Shown: positions 39,211 through 52,219 of the stretch, piece after piece
Numbering within the stretch: position 1 is the stretch's first letter
Layout: every line of letters starts with the position of its first letter
Assembly (NCBI GenBank): GCA_030141605.1
Contig: JAQGDQ010000386.1
Coordinates: 62,001-126,000, forward strand
DNA: 64,000 bases
Direction of reading: 5' to 3'
DNA from: Tubiluchus corallicola
Lineage: Eukaryota; Animalia; Priapulida
The notes under the pieces: model-generated
What the model was told of the DNA's origin: nothing
The model's input: the letters and a program-made list of their open reading frames with translations, nothing else
Databases searched by the model: none
Program-made: the position numbers and the translations under genes

Positions 39211-42200
39211 GCGTGTGCCAGTGTGTGCACGTGTGTGTGTATTATACGGTGTACTTCGGAATGCTAAATATTTCGTTTACTAATACTTATCTGTGCCTTT
39301 TTTTACAGTTGGAAAAACAATACCTTGAGTTGGTGAACACGGATAATATACAAGGTTTGCATAATCGCTTTCACCTTTCCTTTCACCATAAAACTGTCCT
39401 TAACGTAGGTCACCTAACGCAGGTATTTTTTAACGTAGATCACCTATCTTACAGTGGTGCGAATAATTACGGTAATGATCGCTAGCCTTCAGTATCAAAA
39501 AACCTTCAATGGACGTAAACTGGCCGCATAAAAGAGTTTAAGTAACAGAATAATATGCAAAATTTTTGCTAAGGAGAAGAAAAAATCAATTATCAATAGA
39601 TTATATTGTTACGGAGGCACCTGTGTCGGGTCAGGTGTACCCCTCTACACGCCCTGCTTCCACGTCAGCAGCGACTCACCCCTTTCTTGTAGGTCCAGAC
39701 GTCTTGTTTGGGCCTACACGTGGTGTGAGAAGCCAGCTGACCTGGAATGCCAATATAAAAGCGTGTAGAGGTCATGAGCCTTGATTACTGACCTGAGTCA
39801 GTAATTACTGACATGAGTCACTACAGCCTTGATTTCTGACACAGGTGCTCCTCGGATGTAGTGCTGTTACTGGGTTAGTTAGTTATTTTTTGTGCATATG
39901 TATTTTGGTTCCTTATTTTTATTAGTGCTGTTAATAAACTCCGTACAGTGTAGTTTTTTGTGTATTTTGTTTTATGAGAGTTAGATGACACGCTATAACA
40001 GGTATAAGCTACTAGTTTACAGACATTAATTTAGCTAATTAACATTAACATTTGTAATTAAGTATCGGTTACACAACGATTATAAAATGGAACTTCATGA
40101 TGCGCAATATCAAGACCGCCATGCCATCTTGGAGTTCGACCCCCCTGGGTCGAATTCAGTCCAATATGAATAAATAAATTGTTTGTAATAGCTAACTAGA
40201 TACTAGTTGCTCTAGCGTGAGAAACATTCCTTTATCAGATGCTCTCATGGTACCAAATTTGTGTTGCCCGCTACCACATTGGTAACTAGCATTGAACTTT
40301 TATCAAATTTTTCTGGCGCCAAGCTGACAGTGTAAAAATATTTAAAATATTTATCATCAGCATCGCATCACCATTGGTAACTAGCATTAAACTTTTATCA
40401 AATTTTTCTGGCGCCAAGCTGACAGTGTAAAAATATTTAAAATATTTATCATCAGCATCGCATCACCGTTGGTAACTAGCATTAAACTTTTATCAAATTT
40501 TTCTGGCACCAAGCTAACAGTGTAAAAATATTGAAATTATTTATCGTCAGCATCGCACCACCATTGGTCTTCATCATCACCATTATTGCCATTAGTGACA
40601 ACTCGATTTAAAGAGAATACTGTTAAAATTTTGCTCAATTATAAGTATAATAACGTAAATTTCATTTGAACAAGAAAAACTTATGGCTAATGTGCTGTCA
40701 TCTATAGAAGCCCCTTGTTAATTAAATCACTGTATTTAATGCGTTTACAAATATTCATGATCATTTTCCTCGTCGTCATGGTCATTGCCGTCATCATCAT
40801 CCTATTGTCGTCAACGTCATCATCACCATCATCAACAACAACATCAATATCATCATCATCGTCATCATCATCATTATCATCATCATCATCATTGATTCGT
40901 TATGTTAATTTTATAGCTTATAAAAGGCTGACACAGTAGCAGTGTGTACATTGTAATATACACACCAAGAATATTGCCATGTTACTTCTTTTTTACTGCT
41001 TCCTTTACTTTCTTAGATGAATGTTTTGAAGTTGACTTTCCCTTCAAAAGCGATGTTGATTATTACCAGAAGGACAATGCCTTTCAAGGAGGAGGAAAAA
41101 CAGAACTTTCCTGTTGTGGTTGGGTCAAGGTCATGTCTTTGTCGGCAAGTGCAGGGCATTTTCTAACCCTCTGGTCTTACCACTTCGGTAATACAGCAGT
41201 CTGGATATCTCAAACAGTGAATACGCAAATCACATTCACTAGAGACCCTTATCAGTAAATACAATTTTTTTATCTTGTGTTTTCAGTTAAATGTTAGAAT
41301 GTCGAAGAATACTATAAGCAACGCCCCAAATTTAAATACGAAACAGAAATAAACTTCCGCAAATATTTTAAAAGATGAACGTTTAAGCACCTAATGTTGT
41401 TGCTGGTGGTGATGGTGCTGTTGTTGTTCCTATTGTTACTGTTTTTCTTATTGTTGTTGTTGTTATTGTTGCTGTTTCTGCTACCGCCGTTCCTATTTTT
41501 ACTGCCGTTTCCTTGCGAAAAACAGTGTGAATAACAACTCAGAATAAATCATTAAAATGTATAACAATAATGTATATCATTACATTCATAAATATCTATG
41601 TGATAATACTGTAAACATCTGTATATGTTTACATATATAGATATGAACCTTATTACCAAGATTCTTAAGTTTGTACATTTCGTAAAATTCTTAATTTTCT
41701 AATTCGCAACTTTGCAAATAACTAGGGAAAATGAACTTTTTCTGTGACTTAGTGAATACGTGGCAGAAAGAACTTTTATTATGCTTCCATCGCAACAACA
41801 CTAATATCACTTTCCCTTTTTAGTACAATCCTGGTTTTGTATACCAGCTATCTATTCTTCCAATCGTATAGTGTAAAGTGTTTTATATCTATATATTATA
41901 TAGATTGTATTTTAATTCAAGAGGTTCGCTTATTATTTATTTGCTGCAAGGCGATTTCATCACCTGGCTCCGAGGGCTTTAGATATGAGTCTATCAAGCA
42001 ATAACTTTATCTCTCAAGACTTTCACCTCGACCTTTGCGTTGTGAGTGAAGGTCTACTTCCCTCGAGCTTTCGAGCGTCGCTCCCGCAATTGAGCGTTTG
42101 TTAATTAATGCGATCCTGTCAGATTCGTATCACGGATATAGTGTTGCTTAACTCTGAACACACTTATATCATACATAAACTCAATTGTTATGTGTCAAAG

Positions 42201-43941
42201 TGAACTAGCTTTATTAGTTTACAAAGGTTACTCTTCCTAGGTAGCTTTACACGATTCGTCCTTATGCGCTTGTGACGCTTACAATTAATGTATAGCTCCC
42301 AAAAGACTCTTAAGTACTTCACTTGACAATTTCTCGAATATAGCACTTAAGGTGCTTATTGCATTACAATGTGAAATTCTTAATACGATACAATGTGAAC
42401 TCATGTGAACTACAGTAATGCAAAGTTACTCTCAGTTACAAATGCGTTAAGATTACTTAACTCTGCGGATTAACCACAATGCACCCTGTACACTTGGTCA
42501 ACTCCAGTTGGTATTATGAGACTCTCGTTGTCCAGTGCTCAGTCTATCGCTGAGTACGCAGAACTTTCCACGCTGGAATTGAACGATGCTGTCTCAGTTC
42601 CCTGTCAGATTCTCCTCTGATACGTGTGTGACTTCGTGTCGCACACACTCTCTCTCTCTTCGTGTTGTCTCATGGATCTTTCGTGCCCTGTGTTCCTAAA
42701 ACTCAGAGCTTATATTCCCGAAGAGCTGACTTTGCGAAATTCGCGCCAAACGCAATCAGGCGACAGGCGACTTCCCTGGACATCCCTGACATCCTTGGCA
42801 TCCCTGGACATCCGCTTCCAAACGATTTATGGTCAGCAAGGGTGGTCCTCGAATTCCTTTTGCTCGTGGGAACGATCCTGTAAGTCGGCAAATCTTCAGA
42901 ACTTCCTTTCCTTGACGTGGTCAAACGCCGATGAAGACTATCAATTCTCTTTTCAACAAACATTTACCTACCGCAGAGTTTCTGTTAATTACTTGTAACT
43001 ATGCATATAGCTATAAAAAACATTTCTGTCCTCACCTAACAATACCTATCTGCTTCCAGCATCCTAGTTGCCTTAAAGCGAACGATAAAACTCTTCATTT
43101 TTCACAGGTATGTTTTCGCTTTTACATCTCATTAAATCCGGGCTTATCAGCTGGGTGAGTTCTTACATCGATCAATAAATTTATTTTATAAAATCAGGGA
43201 GGCATGAGATTTATTACCAAATCATCGATTTATAAATTTATTCACCACACTACTTAATATAGAGTAGGCCTATAAATCAACAGGCATAGCAGCAACAACA
43301 ACAATAATAACAATAACAAATAATGTATGACAAAATTATTATAGCATACGTTAATGACAAAATGTTATTATGTGGTAGCAATAGCAGCAGCAGTAGCAAC
43401 AACAGTGACATTGATATCAACAGCAGTTTACTAGTAATGGTAATGGTGACAACAATGCAAAACAAGCTAAACAACAGCAGTGGTGGTAATGGTGGTAACT
43501 ATGATATTTGCTTTTTTTAGCTTTGTGCGAGGTTCCTATGATACACTTCATGATGACAAATGGCATTTCATCTGTACTACTTGGAGAAAATCCGATGGAC
43601 GGGGACAAATATACGTAGATGGAGTCTTAGTTGGCACTCGCAACATTTTAGCTGGGCAAACCATTGAAAGGGGCAAAAAGCTTGTCATTGGCCAAAAAGC
43701 GTACAGTAATCGTGGATTTGACTCAAATCTGGCCTTCAAAGGAAAAATTGCTGGTTGGAATTTCTATGATCGCGAACTGGCAGTAGAAGAAATCAAACAC
43801 TTGTTTCAATATTGTTACCATAGCGGTGGATATTGTTACCATAGTGGTGGAAACCATTGGAAGTGGGGTGATGTCAAGGATGGAGGTTTGCATGGTAGTG
43901 CTCATCTCAGCAATGATACACCTTCTTGTTTCGGTTTTTAA
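37486..43941 (+). CDS. Secreted PAN/apple-domain + pentraxin (LamG-like) protein
   Basis: Exons 37486-37852 (signal peptide; SAIECAISCAEDETCRSIN..CDL), optional 39309-39354, 41017-41254 (DFP..TELSCCGWVK), 43521-43941 (WHFICTTW pentraxin signature, G..YVDG, LVIGQ, FKGKIAGWNFYDREL, WKW). Phases 1 and 2 join in frame. Confidence 0.88.
38131..38980. mobile_element. Tc1/mariner-like MITE in intron
   Basis: Imperfect TIR caggtggacacaaaaaagcaagc ... gcttacttttttgtgttcaccccg in a TA-rich flank. Confidence 0.7.
39607..40000 (+). mobile_element. Probable solo LTR (394 bp)
   Basis: TGTTA..TAACA ends, internal TATAAAA (~39755) and AATAAA (~39933), two TGAGTCA sites; TSD not clean. Confidence 0.65.
40277..40567. 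repeat. Three tandem ~95-bp units
   Basis: ttggtaactagcatt.aacttttatcaaatttttctggc.ccaagct.acagtgtaaaaata repeated three times. Confidence 0.9.
41872..43249. mobile_element. LTR-like repeat in pentraxin intron, related to 47197-48829
   Basis: TGT..ACA ends; shared ordered blocks cccgcaattga, cacttaaggtg, ccagtgctca..tgagtacgcaga..tccacgctgg, ttatcagct..gtgagttc, aaatttattc; no TSD seen. Confidence 0.6.
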
Positions 43942-44525
43942 GCAGCAAGATGTTGTGGAGAAAGAAAAGCTTTTCGATTAGCACAACCCAATTCACTCAA
44001 GAATTATCGCATTGTGTTGTGTTCAGATTTTCGAAACTAACGATATTAATCAGTTTTCATAATTTTTCAATTTTATCTTACGCCGGTGGGCATGTATAAA
44101 CCTGAGGCGCATTTTGTAGCACAATGCCTTAAATCTCCTATTGTCAGCCCTTTCACATTTTAGTCAGATTATCTTTGCCCTTGTGTTCGTGGTTATACTA
44201 AATTTTGATGATGTGATTATATATTATATGCAAGAGCTAAGATATATGAATCTATGCATACAGAATTTCAGCTCACTGATAATTATGGCGGTAAAGTTCT
44301 TATGCACTTGTAAACTATAAGTAAAATTTAACACTCCTAGCTAAAGGGAAAACCAGCCGTTCAGTTATAATTCAGCAAGTTCTGACTGGTTTCAATTGTA
44401 CTGCCATAATAATGGAAGCTTGTCGCTTGCTTAAACAATTACAAAGGAGACTGACCTCCTTACAATCAGTGGCGCAGGTAGCGCGCAATAATTCTGCTAT
44501 ACAATTCCGGCAATTTCTAGAAATC

Positions 44526-46052
44526 ATACTGGTGGCATGGCTGCTATTTTGACAGTTGCTACTACGATTGTGTTTGGGCTAGAGTTTTTTTAAAAGTCGT
44601 CTTGTGTCTTACTTAGTCAGGCAGGGTAATAGATGCATTTATGTGAACTAAGGGGCGGGTTTGTGGTTATCCCAACTCTTGACGACTAAAGATGACTGTA
44701 TTGGTTCTTCTATTTTATAAATTGCGGTGTTTTTATCTTTATTATGATAAACTATGATAATCTAGTAAGAGGTTGTAATTGTGATTTCCTACTGGAGGAA
44801 AACATTGTTAACAATTGTGAATATAAATTGGAAGTAATCAGTAGAGTATGAATTAATACTTGCATTTGCAAAAGATTTGGATTATGTTTACTTCTTACAA
44901 ATTTCTAAGTTGGACCTTGTTTAAATGGAAACAAATGAGTTTAACTGAGCATTTCTCTTGATGTTTATTTTGGTTGTAATAAAGTGTGAACTCACCTTTG
45001 GAATATTGAAATTTAGATCTAGCTAAAGTGTATGGAAATAAGTTGTAACTTTTGGTTATCCTTGTTAAAAGCATTTATTGGAAAATAAAGTTGAAGTAAA
45101 ATCTGTGAAAGGTTTAAAAGCTTTAAAGATTAAGAGTATTTGTATTTATACGGACATTGTATTTAAGACAGTTTTTCAACTGATTAGCTGAGTCATGTCT
45201 ACTCTCTGTTTCCATGTATAAACAGCATTCAAAACAGTAATTCAAATTATAACATCTACTTAGAATTTATTATGCTACACATGTATAGCATATACTGGTG
45301 GCATGGCTGTTATTTTGACAGTTGCCACTATGATTGCGTTTGGGCTACAGTTTTTGTAAAAGTAGTCTTGTACCTTACTTAGTCAGGCAGGGTAATAGAT
45401 GCATTTATGTGAACAAAGATTCGGGTTTGTGGTTATCCCAACTCTTGACGATTAAAGATGAGTGTATTGGTTCTTGTATTTTATAAATTGCTGTGCTTTT
45501 ATCTTTATTATGATATACTGTGATAATCTAGTAAGAGGTTGTAATTGTGATTTCCTACTGGAAGAAAACATTGTTAACAATTGTGAATATAATTTGGAAG
45601 TAATGGCTAGAGTATGAATTAATACTTGCATTTGCAAAAAATTTGGATTATGTTTACTTCTTACAAATTTCTAAGTTGGACCCTGTTTAAATGGAAACAA
45701 ATGAGTTTAACTGAGCATTTCTCTCGGTGTTTATTTTGGTTGTAATAAAGTGTGAACTCACCTTTGGAATATTGAAATTTAGATCTAGCTAAAGTGTATG
45801 GAAATAAGTTGTAACTTTTGGTTATCCTTGTTAAAAACATTCATTGGAAAATAAAGTTGAAGTAAAATCTGTGAAAGGTTAAAAGCTTTAAAGATTAAGA
45901 GAAATCAAAATTCTGACATTGTATTTAAGACAGCTTTCAACTGATTAGCTGAGTCATGTCTACTCTCTGTTTCCATGTATAAACAGCATTCAAAACAGTA
46001 ATTCAAATTATAACATCTACTTAGAATTTATTATGCTACACATGTATATCAT
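44526..46052. repeat. Tandem duplication of a ~766-bp unit
   Basis: atactggtggcatggctg at 44526 and 45292; near-identical bodies ending ttatgctacacatgtata. Confidence 0.9.
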
Positions 46053-47196
46053 ATATAGTAATTAGTTTAGTACTTAAGCTATACCATCTGCTTGTGCAAA
46101 ATACTACTGTGTGTAATTTGAATAATTATTTTGTGTAAACAGAAATTCTTGTTTCTACTTTCATTTTTAGCATTTATTAGACTAAAATGGCCGCAACGTT
46201 AAATTGGTAAAGAACTGGAGTATAAAACAAATAAAAACACAACGCAATCGAGAGCAATTTTTTTTAACTTCTACTCATATAAGGGACAGTCAATCATATT
46301 CATAGAAAGAACTAATCCGTGTTCTGATTTTTAACAATAGGTGGACCTGATTTTTAACAACCAGTCAACCATCCAACCCAAATACAATCACGGTTTAATG
46401 AGATCGCCACTACAATTGCGCTCTAGTGGTAAAGTGTGTGTATACATGTAATATAATACAAGCATAGCGTAGGATTGATTCACGACTTTACAACTTCACA
46501 TGCGCGTTTGAGTTGCTGTCGGTGATTAGTACATGTGTTAACATCTCCGAATAAATGTTTTCATAGTTAAAAAAGTGGACATAGTTTACACATTTTAAGA
46601 CATAGTGAGGCCAAATAAAAACTACTTTTGTGGACAAAGCTGTTGAAAATTGTGTTAGTTTGTGATGTCATCAATAGTTGGGCTTGCCCGCCGTTAATTT
46701 AGTTTTTTATCTATTATTTAATTATCGGAAACGCTCTTATAATATTAATTGTGTTACCCACCTATAAAAAGTCATTGATGCGCGCACTTTCCACGTATTG
46801 TCTACATTGCACTTGAACTTCTGTACCGTTTTAGCGAAAGAACCACCTTTGTGAGATGATTCGTTTCTTAAGAATTTGTAATAAAGTTTGCTACTTTCAT
46901 GGGAATTAATAATAACACATCCGTGCTGTATCATTACAACAGCCAAAAAACTTAACTGGTTTACTAATTGCGTGCTTATTAATTTTCAGATGAAATAAAA
47001 GAAACGTGTCAACATATTAACGGCGATTTGATCGCGCATTTAAACAGTACTGTAACACTCATGCAAATGTCCTTGACGTGCAAGGGAAGATGCCTGCCAT
47101 TGCACAAACTGTGGTTAGTTTCTGACGTAAGCAATAGCTGTATGGCCGTGTCTTTAATACTATGGTCACTAGTACCAATTATCGTTGTCGTTATCA

Positions 47197-48829
47197 TGTA
47201 ATATTAATCTCTCTAATTAATATTGATTCTTAACCTGGCTACTAGATAAGGCTATTCACAACCTGGCTACTAGAGCTTAAGATAAAGTCTATAGAGCAAT
47301 GATAACTTCTCACAAGACCGTTTCTATGACTCCGCGTTGTGAAAAGAGTCTTAATTCTCTAAAGCTTACTAGCAAAAGTTCCCGCAATTGAACTCGTAAA
47401 TTACTTAATGCACACGGCAAATCTCCAGATTCGTTTACAGAATTTAATGTTGCTTAACTGAAACACCTATAAGCATACTCAAACTATTCATTTAAGTTAA
47501 AGCGAAATCCGTTTATTGTTTACAACAATTACTCTTAGTCAACTAATATTACAATATTTGATCTTAATCGCCAAATACGCTCACAAGAGTTCCCGCAATT
47601 GAACTCGTAAATTACTTAATGCACACGGCAAATCTCCAGATTCGTTTACAGAATTTAATGTTGCTTAACTGAAACACCTATAAGCATACTCAAACTATTC
47701 ATTTAAGTTAAAGCGAAATCCGTTTATTGTTTACAACAATTACTCTTAGTCAACTAATATTACAATATTTGATCTTAATCGCCAAATACGCTCACAATTA
47801 ATAATTAGCTCCAAGAGACACTAATCAGATTCACTTAACTATTTCCTCGCTTCGCACTTAAGGTGCAAATTACAATGTGAAATATGCAATTACAATCAAC
47901 TACACTTTACACTTAAGGTGTCTATTACACTGTGAATTTACTATGCAGAGTTGCTCTCAAGTTACGATACGTTAAGATAACTTAACTTGGTGGAATGACC
48001 AATGATGACTGTTCAATTGGTCAATTCCAAATCCGTTGCAAGACTTGATTCGTAGATCCAGTGCTCAATTCGTTGAGTACGCAGATTCGATGTCCACGCT
48101 GGTCTTACGTTGTCTTTGCTTCTTCAATCTCTTCTCTCTCGGCACATGGTTAACCCACAACCACTCAGTTCCAACTCCCTCGCCGCCTCCTGTTCCTCAA
48201 GATCTCATCTTATGTACCCACGCGGAGATTTCATCACATTGCGTGCTAACGCTGCAATCTCTCGCAACCGCGTCCGCTTTAGCGGTAACGCCGTATAGTT
48301 GCAATAGTTCAAAGGTCACTCTGGGCTTGTAAGTTTTATAACCACCCAAGTGTTTTTCTAACACAGCTCCTTGCATGAGAAAACCGCTATCTGACTCTCC
48401 ATCCTTTCAGCATCTAACTTCCCAAGATTTCTCTTCGCTTCGCTTGGGCAATAAACTCCATTCAAGAAAAGAACCACTTTCTGCTTCTTCACAATTAGTT
48501 CAGTAACTCTGCATAATATAACATGAGTTTTATTATCTAACCACGCAATGTTATAAAAATCAGCTTCGCTTCTCCTAAACTCAAACACCTGTGACAAACT
48601 TTTACTCTCTAAATGAACACCTGTTCTATTACTTGTAAACACAAACTCTTGTGACGATAATTTCTTGCCTTACATTAAATATATGCTTTATCAGCTAAGT
48701 GAGTTCCCATATTCTCTTAATAAATTTATCTAATCCAATTAGGAGGTCTCTTTATCAACATAATCTAATGAAGTTGATAACTCCATTAATTAATCGCTTA
48801 ATTCATGATTCCGAAATTTATTCATAACA
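47197..48829. mobile_element. LTR-like repeat with internal ~211-bp tandem duplication (47377-47797)
   Basis: TGTAA..TAACA ends; homology to 41872-43249; agttcccgcaattgaactcg occurs twice ~211 bp apart. Confidence 0.6.
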
Positions 48830-49624
48830 GCTGTGTTCGGTTGCTAAATAACTTTCGAAGCTAATTATTCAAATATAAGGAACAATTGTTAACTTTTATA
48901 GGCAAGAAAATGTATATTTTGGACAGTAAATTAAAATGAGATTAGTCTCAACAGTCATCCGGTCTGCCTTTAAATGTTACAGCAGAAATTTAGGTATACA
49001 AATTTATGATAGCAAGTTTGCAAGAAGTCTCTATGCACTTGTGGGTTACGTTACTTTTTTTAACAATTAACTTAATGTTTTAAATCTGTAATTGCGAAGC
49101 CATATTATAGTCAGTTTGCATAAATAAAAATAAATAATTATATAACCGGAAATATATAAAAATTATATATAATTATATAGAAAAATATACTCTTCGTTGC
49201 CGATATTGTTTTTTTAATTTGGAATAACTTTTTATAAGTTTGTATGTGATCTATTATTATTATGCCTTATCCCTGTTAGTCAATAAATTCAATTCAATTC
49301 AAGTTTGTTGCAAGTTTTCTCTCTGACAGCAAAGTCGTAAGTGTGAGCTGCTTTGTGTGAAACTGTCGGCAAATTATTGCTAACTCGGCAGCAGCTGCGA
49401 GTTAATTTACTATCCAGTGTGAACGTCTCGGTGAGTTACTCTCTATATTTCTCGCAGTGAATAGACAAAGAGAATGTCAGACAGTAACTCGCATCAGCTT
49501 TTGCTCTCCAATCTAAACAAGTTGCGAATAACTTAGCGGTAAAACTCGCTAGTCTGGATGCGCCATAGTAACATTAACAAAATTTCATTTTAAAACTTCA
49601 AATTAGAAATCAGTTTTCAGATTG

Positions 49625-49632
49625 TGACGTCA
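49625..49632. promoter_or_regulatory. Palindromic CRE/ATF site upstream of dispanin A (conserved at 54325-54332 upstream of B)
   Basis: TGACGTCA ~270-280 bp before the ATG in both paralogues; function not shown. Confidence 0.45.
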
Positions 49633-49907
49633 CTGTAAGAACTCGCTTTTAGTAGTTTTTCTAAGGTTAAGATTATTAGGTTACATTCCAATCGCTATTG
49701 TTTGTGCTAAAAACTTTTTTGTAATAGAATCATCTGAGATTTTGCTGGAAAATGGAACTCAGATCACAAAATTCACTCGAAATTACAAGAACATCAGTTT
49801 TCTTATTCAATTGACAGGCGGATATTACAGCAATGTGCTAACAAATTAAATTAACTCGTTTAATTAAAAACTAACACCACTTTATCTTGGAGGAACAATT
49901 TTCAAAA

Positions 49908-50340
49908 ATGTCTGAGGAGCAAGTTGGACAAACACCACCTCCATATTCTGCACCTGGAATCAAAGGTGTAAGTATACAGGTTTAGTTATACCGCATGCTA
50001 CTTGACACTGAACACTGACGTTACTCCGAATAAGCATCTTTCTTAATTACCTAATACTGAAATCCAGTGCGTGGGATGAGTAGGTTATAGGTCTGTACAT
50101 TAATAAATCAATATGCGGCTTAAACAACCCCTTTGAAAATTGTTCAATCTCAGGGCACGAGATTTAAGCGTGAATATTACAACTTTGCTTCATTTTTTAA
50201 AATCTAAATTTCCTTTGTGGTTTGCCATTTTATTTGTACAATGTTAAATCAAGTTTACCACACGCCAATTAATAATAACAATAATAAATATGATGACGAT
50301 AATGATGATGATGATGATAATAAAAATAATAATAGTAACA

Positions 50341-50419
<79 letters not shown>

Positions 50420-52219
50420 TAACAATAACAATAACAATAATAATAATAATAACAACAACAATAATAATGATGATAATAATAATAATAAGAAGAAGAATAA
50501 CAACAACAATAATAATAATAATAATAATAATAATAACCTTTATATAAAATCAGCTGTATAACTGATAATCAGCTGTAATAGGAACAATTTTCAAAAATGT
50601 CTGAGGAGCAAGTTGGACAAACACCACCTCCATCACAACCTAGTCTAAACGTAAAGCTTTGGCACCAACGAAATTTTAAAAACCAGGAGAAGAGCTCAAC
50701 TAATTTCCTTCTTTGTTATAAAGAACATGTATCTCTCAATAACGTATATATTAATACTAATGAATCAGGCCAAATAATCAATCCGTTATATACACATAGA
50801 AGTCATTGTATACATACATTGCATCTATGGTGTGGCCGTATATCAGATCATTGACTTAAGACCATTGACTTGTTTTCAGTGGGCCATACTTTCTCAAACA
50901 TGTGCCATGTTTACATAAGAATTGGCACAAGACACTATACAGATTTCCACCAACATCCGTCACAATATCACTGACGTTTTTCAGTACACGATTCAATCAG
51001 GGCCAGGCGGGTACCAAGCTTACCAAACTCAGCCAACTGGTGCAACTGTCATAGTTCTGGGAGAGCGATCAGGAGCTCCCAACAACTTGACTCTAGCTGT
51101 CATTTCTTGCGTCTGCTGTTTCTGGCCTGCTGGGATCGTAGCAGTGTACTATGCTATAAAGGTGAGTATGTTTAACATAATGAGTCAGCATGAACCGATG
51201 CACGTAACAAAAGTATCAGTATATTTGTCAATTAACGCATGTAGCAAAGGTATTAGTATAGCTGCTGGTTGTCTCGTTGAATGCAAGTTGTTTAAAACAG
51301 GAAGAGATTTTTTAAGAAAATTCAACAGAATGACTAATCGACTAACCCACCAACCGACTGACAGAACGAACACTGGAAACCAAAAAAAGCAAGCAAGTCA
51401 AACTGCTAAAAAGCTATTAGATATTTAAAATATCGAGCTTTAAAATGTGTCAATTCATTAAAAGTACGCACTGTAATGATCAATAATGTATGTTGTGCAT
51501 TAATGGTAAATTATTTTCATCTTCAAAATGTGTGCATGTAAAACACCTATATTTTTAGTTTTGGGCTATTATAAGATTATATTATAAATTAAAAGGCCCG
51601 AAATTTCGTTAAACCTTAACAAACTAAAAGATTTTGAAATCCCCATGCTGTAGAAATTACTAATTATTAGTAATTAACATGTTTTCCATTAGCTGTCCTT
51701 AGAAAGTAATAGAAGTGACAAACTATAATCTGGCATTTCTCATTCAATCTCGAAGCGAGGCTTTATCTGTCAATTCAGTCAACTCTGTTGTTACAGTTTG
51801 AAAGATTTTGAGATATTTCTGAAGCAACCAGCAGCAACAAGAAAAACCATGAAGTAATAATATACCACAAATACATACGGTTCATCCAAACCACCCAACT
51901 AAGTAGGCCCAGGCCACAAATATGTCAAACTTTAATTAAAGCTGCTTATTTTCAGGTCGACCAATTCAACGCAGAGGGTCGGTTAGAAGAAGCCTGGGCA
52001 GCATCAAAGAAATCCAAACTCTGGAGTGGAATTTCTTTGGGTCTTGCAATTACTTTATTTATTATTCTTTTCATTTGCTTGAGTGTTACAGCCCATAAAT
52101 CACATGAAGAAGATGATGATGATGATGACAAGCACCACAACGTTTCTGAACCAGAACACGAAAGCTATGTGTTAAGGATGAAATACAATGGAAAATACAA
52201 GTTTATTTGGAAGTATTAA
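49908..52219 (+). CDS. CD225/dispanin (IFITM/PRRT-like) membrane protein A
   Basis: Phase-0 exons 49908-49967 (MSEEQVGQTPPPYSAPGIKG), 50985-51161 (..PNNLTLAVISCVCCFWPAGIVAVYYAIK), 51956-52219 (VDQFNAEGRLEEAWAASKKSKLWSGISLGLAITLFIILFICL..); ctgac branch point before exon 2; AATAAA at ~52418. Confidence 0.92.
50270..50537. repeat. (AAT/AAC/GAT)n microsatellite in dispanin A intron 1
   Basis: Direct reading; positional counterpart at 54760-55145. Confidence 0.95.

Noticed and set aside
50922-50984. MAQDTIQIST.. N-terminus for dispanin A/B from the ORF track
   Set aside because: Starts at TTG inside the intron; a branch point and acceptor define exon 2 at 50985 and 56304.
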